A stretch of DNA of 64,000 bases from Verrucomicrobiia bacterium (GTDB taxonomy: Bacteria; Verrucomicrobiota; Verrucomicrobiia; Limisphaerales; UBA1319): positions 3,072,001 to 3,136,000 of the forward strand of contig OY760937.1 of NCBI GenBank assembly GCA_963664225.1. The letters are read 5' to 3'. How positions within the stretch are numbered: position 1 is the first letter of the stretch; each line of letters opens with the position of its first letter. This document shows positions 59,772-64,000 of this stretch, piece by piece. Below the pieces are notes generated by a model. That model had not been told where the DNA came from and searched no databases. It saw only the letters and a list, made by a program, of their open reading frames with translations. The translations under genes and the position numbers were made by a program.

Positions 59772-61921
59772 GCTGTTTGAACGGCACGATTCAAGGCCTC
59801 CAACACTATCCCCGGCGTCAGTAATTCGGGCAACACCTGTGGCGGCAGATCCGTCCGTTTCGGATACACCAACACCATGGGAACCCCGGCGCGACCGAAT
59901 CGGTTCAACTCCTTCGTGATCTCCGCAGGCACCGTCGTGTAGTCCGCCAGCAGCGCGACTGCATTGATCTCCTTGAGCTTGGCCCGAACGGACGGGATTT
60001 CGATGCTCACCTTTTTGTTCACCTGGCAGGTGGCGCACCATTCGGCGGTGAAATCGACAAATACCGGGCGTCCCTGCGATCGGGCCTGAACAACCGCCTC
60101 CGGTGTCCAACGCTGCCAGGCAATGCCTCCGGGCGATTCCTGGAGCGACCCGGACCCACTGGCTTCCTGTGTCACGGGTAAACGCCAATGCAACTGGCCT
60201 TCGAGGACCGTCGCGTAACCGACGAGCAACAGCACTGCGATCACCGAGATCGCGAGTCCCTTGCGTTTGCGTCCGCGCTGGACAAACTCACCGAACACCC
60301 ACGCCGACACAGCGATGATCACCAGAAAAATCCCCAGCCACCAGAACCGGCGTCCATAAAAAATCGGTGCCAATTGAAAGAGCCAGATGGCGGTGGCCAG
60401 CATTGGAAAACCCATCGCCACCTTGAATTTCTCCATCCACGCGCCCGGTTTGGGCATCCAACGCAGCAGGGCCGGATGCCAGCTTAGCAGCACATACGGA
60501 GCCGCAAGGCCCGCGCCAACCGTGAGGAAAACCGCGATGATGATCGTCGCCTGTTGCGTGAACGCAAATCCGAGCGCCGCTCCCAGAAACGGAGCCGTGC
60601 AGGGCGTGGCCAATACCGTGGCCAGAACGCCATTGAAGAACGCGCCCGCCGCGCCCTCGCGTCCCGCCAGTCCACTGGCCGCCTGCGTGACCCTGAAACT
60701 CATCACCACCTCGAACACGCCAAATAAATTCAACGCGATCAAGGTAACCAGAACCGTCAGGGCCACCACAAACATCGGATTTCCAAATTGCATTCCCCAC
60801 CCCGCCTGGTGACCCGCCGCTTTTACGGCCAGAACCATCGCCGCCAGCGCCAGAAACGAGGTCAGCACGCCCGCGCCATAGACCAACCCCAGCAACCGCA
60901 CGCGTCCCGGGTTCTCCTTGCTCTGATTCACGAACCCCAAAACCTTCAAGGCGATGACCGGCAGCACGCACGGCATGATGTTCAAAATCAATCCACCGAT
61001 GAACGCATACAGCAGCCAGGCCAGCAGGGGTTTCTGGTTTTGCGGCGGCAAGGCAGTCGCCTGGATGGCTGCCTTCACTGCGGAGCCCGCCAGTGGCGTC
61101 GGGTGCAGTTCCACCTCGACCCCGTCGTTTGGCACGCCGTTGGTTCCCGCATGGACCATCAAACCCAGGATGCTTTCAGGCCATTGCGCACCGGTTCTTT
61201 CCACCTTCCTCTGCAAACGCACCCGGCCAGCCTCATTAGTCGGCTGCGTGGAGAGGCCGGTTACTTTATAGACGTCGCTCTCGTATGGGAAAAAATCCGC
61301 GGTTGCGGGGAGCCCGTCCGCCTTCCACTCGATATTCAAAAGATGGACGTCGGGAGCCGCGGCAACCGCCCATGAGGCATCCACCTTGATTTCCGCATCG
61401 CGACGGGGCAGACGCGCGCGCCAGGTGTTTATGGCGGGAGCGTCCGGGGAAAGCAATGTATCCGGGCCTATTCGCAATCGCGCCGTCACCTCGCCCTCGC
61501 CAGGGATGCAGGTTTCCTTGCATTCCAGCCACGAAAGCTTGGCGCGAACTTCGATATCCATCCCGGCGGCGTTGGTGGCCATGGTGATCGGCACGAGCAA
61601 CACCACTTCATCGTGATAAATGAAAGTGGTCAGGTCGGAATCGACGATTTTTTCGGGAACCGGCCATTGAATGTTCCCGGCGGTGATCCCGGGAGGCAGC
61701 GTCCATTCCACCTGAATGGGAGCGCCCGAGTCGCCACCGTTGCGCCAATAGGTATGCCAGCCTGGCTCCATGACCAGACGCACCCCTGCAAGGATGGTTT
61801 GCCCCGGCATGGCCTGGGTGTTCTCAAGGAGAAGGCTTGGACGGGTGTGGGGCGCGGCCCCTGCCGGTGCGAGAACACAGGCCAGAACCAGAATCATCAA
61901 TAATTGTAACCGCCATCGCAT
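59756..61921 (-). CDS. dsbD: DsbD-family thiol:disulfide interchange protein (N-terminal DsbD-alpha-like, TM, thioredoxin)
   Basis: GWHTYW.N.GDSG, CKETC, NIMPCVLP, ATPCTAP, DFTAEWCATC. Confidence 0.88.
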   Translation of the reverse strand: MRWRLQLLMILVLACVLAPAGAAPHTRPSLLLENTQAMPGQTILAGVRLVMEPGWHTYWRNGGDSGAPIQVEWTLPPGITAGNIQWPVPEKIVDSDLTTFIYHDEVVLLVPITMATNAAGMDIEVRAKLSWLECKETCIPGEGEVTARLRIGPDTLLSPDAPAINTWRARLPRRDAEIKVDASWAVAAAPDVHLLNIEWKADGLPATADFFPYESDVYKVTGLSTQPTNEAGRVRLQRKVERTGAQWPESILGLMVHAGTNGVPNDGVEVELHPTPLAGSAVKAAIQATALPPQNQKPLLAWLLYAFIGGLILNIMPCVLPVIALKVLGFVNQSKENPGRVRLLGLVYGAGVLTSFLALAAMVLAVKAAGHQAGWGMQFGNPMFVVALTVLVTLIALNLFGVFEVVMSFRVTQAASGLAGREGAAGAFFNGVLATVLATPCTAPFLGAALGFAFTQQATIIIAVFLTVGAGLAAPYVLLSWHPALLRWMPKPGAWMEKFKVAMGFPMLATAIWLFQLAPIFYGRRFWWLGIFLVIIAVSAWVFGEFVQRGRKRKGLAISVIAVLLLVGYATVLEGQLHWRLPVTQEASGSGSLQESPGGIAWQRWTPEAVVQARSQGRPVFVDFTAEWCATCQVNKKVSIEIPSVRAKLKEINAVALLADYTTVPAEITKELNRFGRAGVPMVLVYPKRTDLPPQVLPELLTPGIVLEALNRAVQTAQTPP

Positions 61922-62004
61922 GTGGGCATTATACGCCAATGCGGCCGCACTATCCAGAGATTCGATGGGGTCTGTTAGTGGAGGGGTAGTTCATCTAATT
62001 CTGA

Positions 62005-63762
62005 TCAACACCGTTCCCGTTTTTCGCGCAGAGCCTTGCGCAATGCGGGCAGCGACCGGGTGTTCACCACGTCGGCACTGGTCAGCCAACCCTTGCGGGC
62101 CACACCCACGCCCAGTCGCAGAAATTGCGCATGCTCGTTGCGGTGCGCGTCGCAGTTGATCGCGCAGAGCACTCCCTTGGTTTTGGCGTAGGGCCACATC
62201 CGCCAATCCAGATCGTATCGGCGCGGATGCGCGTTCAGCTCGATCCACGTGCCCGTTTCCCCGCAGGCGTCAATCACTGCGTGCTGATTGACGGCATACG
62301 GTTCGCGCTCGAGTAACAACCTCCCGGTGAGATGGCCAATCATGTGCACGAACGGATTCTGGGCCGCACGAATGATGCGTTTGGTCATCTCGGCCTCGTT
62401 TTGAGTAAACCCGCTATGAATGCTCGCGACCACCACATCCAGTTGCGCCAGCAGATCGTCGTCGTAGTCCAATCGTCCGTCGCTCAGAATATCCACCTCC
62501 GCTCCGCTTAGCAGTTGGAACGTTTCGCCCTCATCGCGAAGACGCGCGTTGATGTCGTGAATGGCCTTGATTTGATCGCGTAGCTTCTCTGGCGACAATC
62601 CATTGGCCTGCACCGCCGCCTGGGAGTGGTCGGTGATCGCCCAATAGGAAAAACAATGCTCGCGCATGTGCGTGACGATGTCGTCCAGAACCACCCGGCC
62701 GTCGCTCCAGCTTGAATGATTGTGCAGCGAACCCCGAAGCTGGGTCCACTCGATCAGGCGCGGGATGGTGTCATGTTCGGCAGCTTCGAACTCGCCCTTG
62801 TCCTCGCGCAACTCGGGCGGCACATACGCCAGTCCCAGCTTCTGATAAATCTCCTCCTCGGAGTGGCACGGCTTGAGGAGATTGGGATCGCGGGTTTCCT
62901 GTTGGGACTCGAAGAGGCCGTATTCGTTGAGGCGCAACCCGCGCTGAATCGCGCGCTGTCGCATCACGATATTGTGTTCCTTGCTGCCCGTGAAATAGGC
63001 CAGGGCGAAGGGATACTCCGCATCGCTCACCACGCGCAAATCCGCCTGCAATCCCTTGTCGAGCACCACGCTGGCCTTGGTGTCGCCCTTCGCGCTCACA
63101 CTGATGATGCCCGGCAATGCGGTGAAAAATTCAATAACCGCCGTGGGTTTGGACGAGGAGACCAGAAAATCGACATCCCCGATCAATTCCTTGTTTCGGC
63201 GCAGGCTGCCCGCGATCGAGCAACGGATGACGTTCGGATGCCCTCGCAGCGCTTCGAGCACTGGCTCCGATGCAATCGCGGTCTCTGAAAGCAGGTGTTT
63301 CGAGGCATAACTGCGATGAAACTGAATGCCTTCCAAGATTTTGGCCTGGGATTTTTCGCCGAAACCCTCCAGCGCCGCCACTTTCGAGGCCAGACAGGCC
63401 GCCTCCAGTTTTTCAATGGAATCGATCTTTAAATGGTCGTAGAGGGCTTTGACTTTCTTGGGGCCCAACCCCGGAATGTCGAGCATGGCCGTTAGGCCGG
63501 GGGGTAACGAAGCCTTCAGCTCGTCGTAATAAGCCAGTTTGCCGGTGGTCACCAACTCGGCGATTTTCTTCTCCAGGCTGGCGCCGATCCCCTTGATGCC
63601 GCCGAGGCGGTTCTCCGCCACCAGAGTTTCCAACGGCTCCGACAGTCCGTCCAGCGCCCGGGCGGCGCTCGAATACGCACGGGTCTTGAAGGGATTCTCG
63701 CCCTTCAATTCCAAAAGAGTCCCGATCTCAAGCAAAACATCCGCCACCTGATTCTTATCCAT
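62005..63762 (-). CDS. polX: DNA polymerase X / PHP 3'-5' exonuclease
   Basis: GENPFK..AY, GSLRR..IGDVD, FTGSKEHN, LHNHS.WSDG, ITDHS, CDAH. Confidence 0.95.
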   Translation of the reverse strand: MDKNQVADVLLEIGTLLELKGENPFKTRAYSSAARALDGLSEPLETLVAENRLGGIKGIGASLEKKIAELVTTGKLAYYDELKASLPPGLTAMLDIPGLGPKKVKALYDHLKIDSIEKLEAACLASKVAALEGFGEKSQAKILEGIQFHRSYASKHLLSETAIASEPVLEALRGHPNVIRCSIAGSLRRNKELIGDVDFLVSSSKPTAVIEFFTALPGIISVSAKGDTKASVVLDKGLQADLRVVSDAEYPFALAYFTGSKEHNIVMRQRAIQRGLRLNEYGLFESQQETRDPNLLKPCHSEEEIYQKLGLAYVPPELREDKGEFEAAEHDTIPRLIEWTQLRGSLHNHSSWSDGRVVLDDIVTHMREHCFSYWAITDHSQAAVQANGLSPEKLRDQIKAIHDINARLRDEGETFQLLSGAEVDILSDGRLDYDDDLLAQLDVVVASIHSGFTQNEAEMTKRIIRAAQNPFVHMIGHLTGRLLLEREPYAVNQHAVIDACGETGTWIELNAHPRRYDLDWRMWPYAKTKGVLCAINCDAHRNEHAQFLRLGVGVARKGWLTSADVVNTRSLPALRKALREKRERC

Positions 63763-64000
63763 TCCATCGATAGTTTGAATCCAAAAACCCGTCCACGCAA
63801 GCCGCGCGTGACTCAACCGGACGCAGCGGGCGCAGAACAATATTTCGATGTATTAGGTTGGTTTTGCGGCAACGGTGGAACCAGCGTGCGGGGCTCGCGG
63901 CCCTCCGGTTTCGCTCATGCACCTTCTTCAGTTTGCAGCCGGTTTCGATGCCTCGGGTGCCCGGTCAGCCAATCTTGTCCGCGCGCCGCGAACGACGGTC

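Noticed and set aside
63853..64000. Possible 3' end of a minus-strand gene at the window edge
   Set aside because: Too short to fix the frame or the product

Overview
A GC-rich bacterial chromosomal segment. Gene content (futalosine-pathway mqnA, Tat-exported Gfo/Idh/MocA oxidoreductases, many secreted CAZymes, prepilin-domain genes) suggests Verrucomicrobiota of the Pedosphaera/subdivision-3 type; this is inference. About 40 CDS are present. Housekeeping genes include leuA, mqnA, galE, hflX, nrdJ, rfbB, purA, uppS, polX and a dsbD-like gene. Others encode an RND outer-membrane factor, a SWIM-SNF2 ATPase, PilC plus a separate three-gene minor-pilin cassette, GH29/GH78/GH140-like enzymes, an S53 protease, a Fic protein and an ABC exporter. 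I found no rRNA, tRNA, CRISPR array, transposase or integrase. The main signals not explained by the gene list are: (1) integron-type attC sites with two small cassette ORFs and a frameshifted orphan antitoxin directly after nrdJ; (2) an intrinsic terminator inside the purA 5' leader; (3) a ~65-aa module shared between the C-terminus of the S53 protease and the N-terminus of a beta-propeller protein, along with a Thr-Asn bias in exported proteins, a candidate sorting/modification system; (4) an aquaporin with an in-frame UGA at codon 5; (5) a complete leucine attenuator, sigma54 promoters on the pilus genes and recurrent leaderless promoters; (6) a diverged copy of an acyltransferase 3' end 3100 bp downstream. 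All calls come from reading the sequence by eye; no database searches were run.
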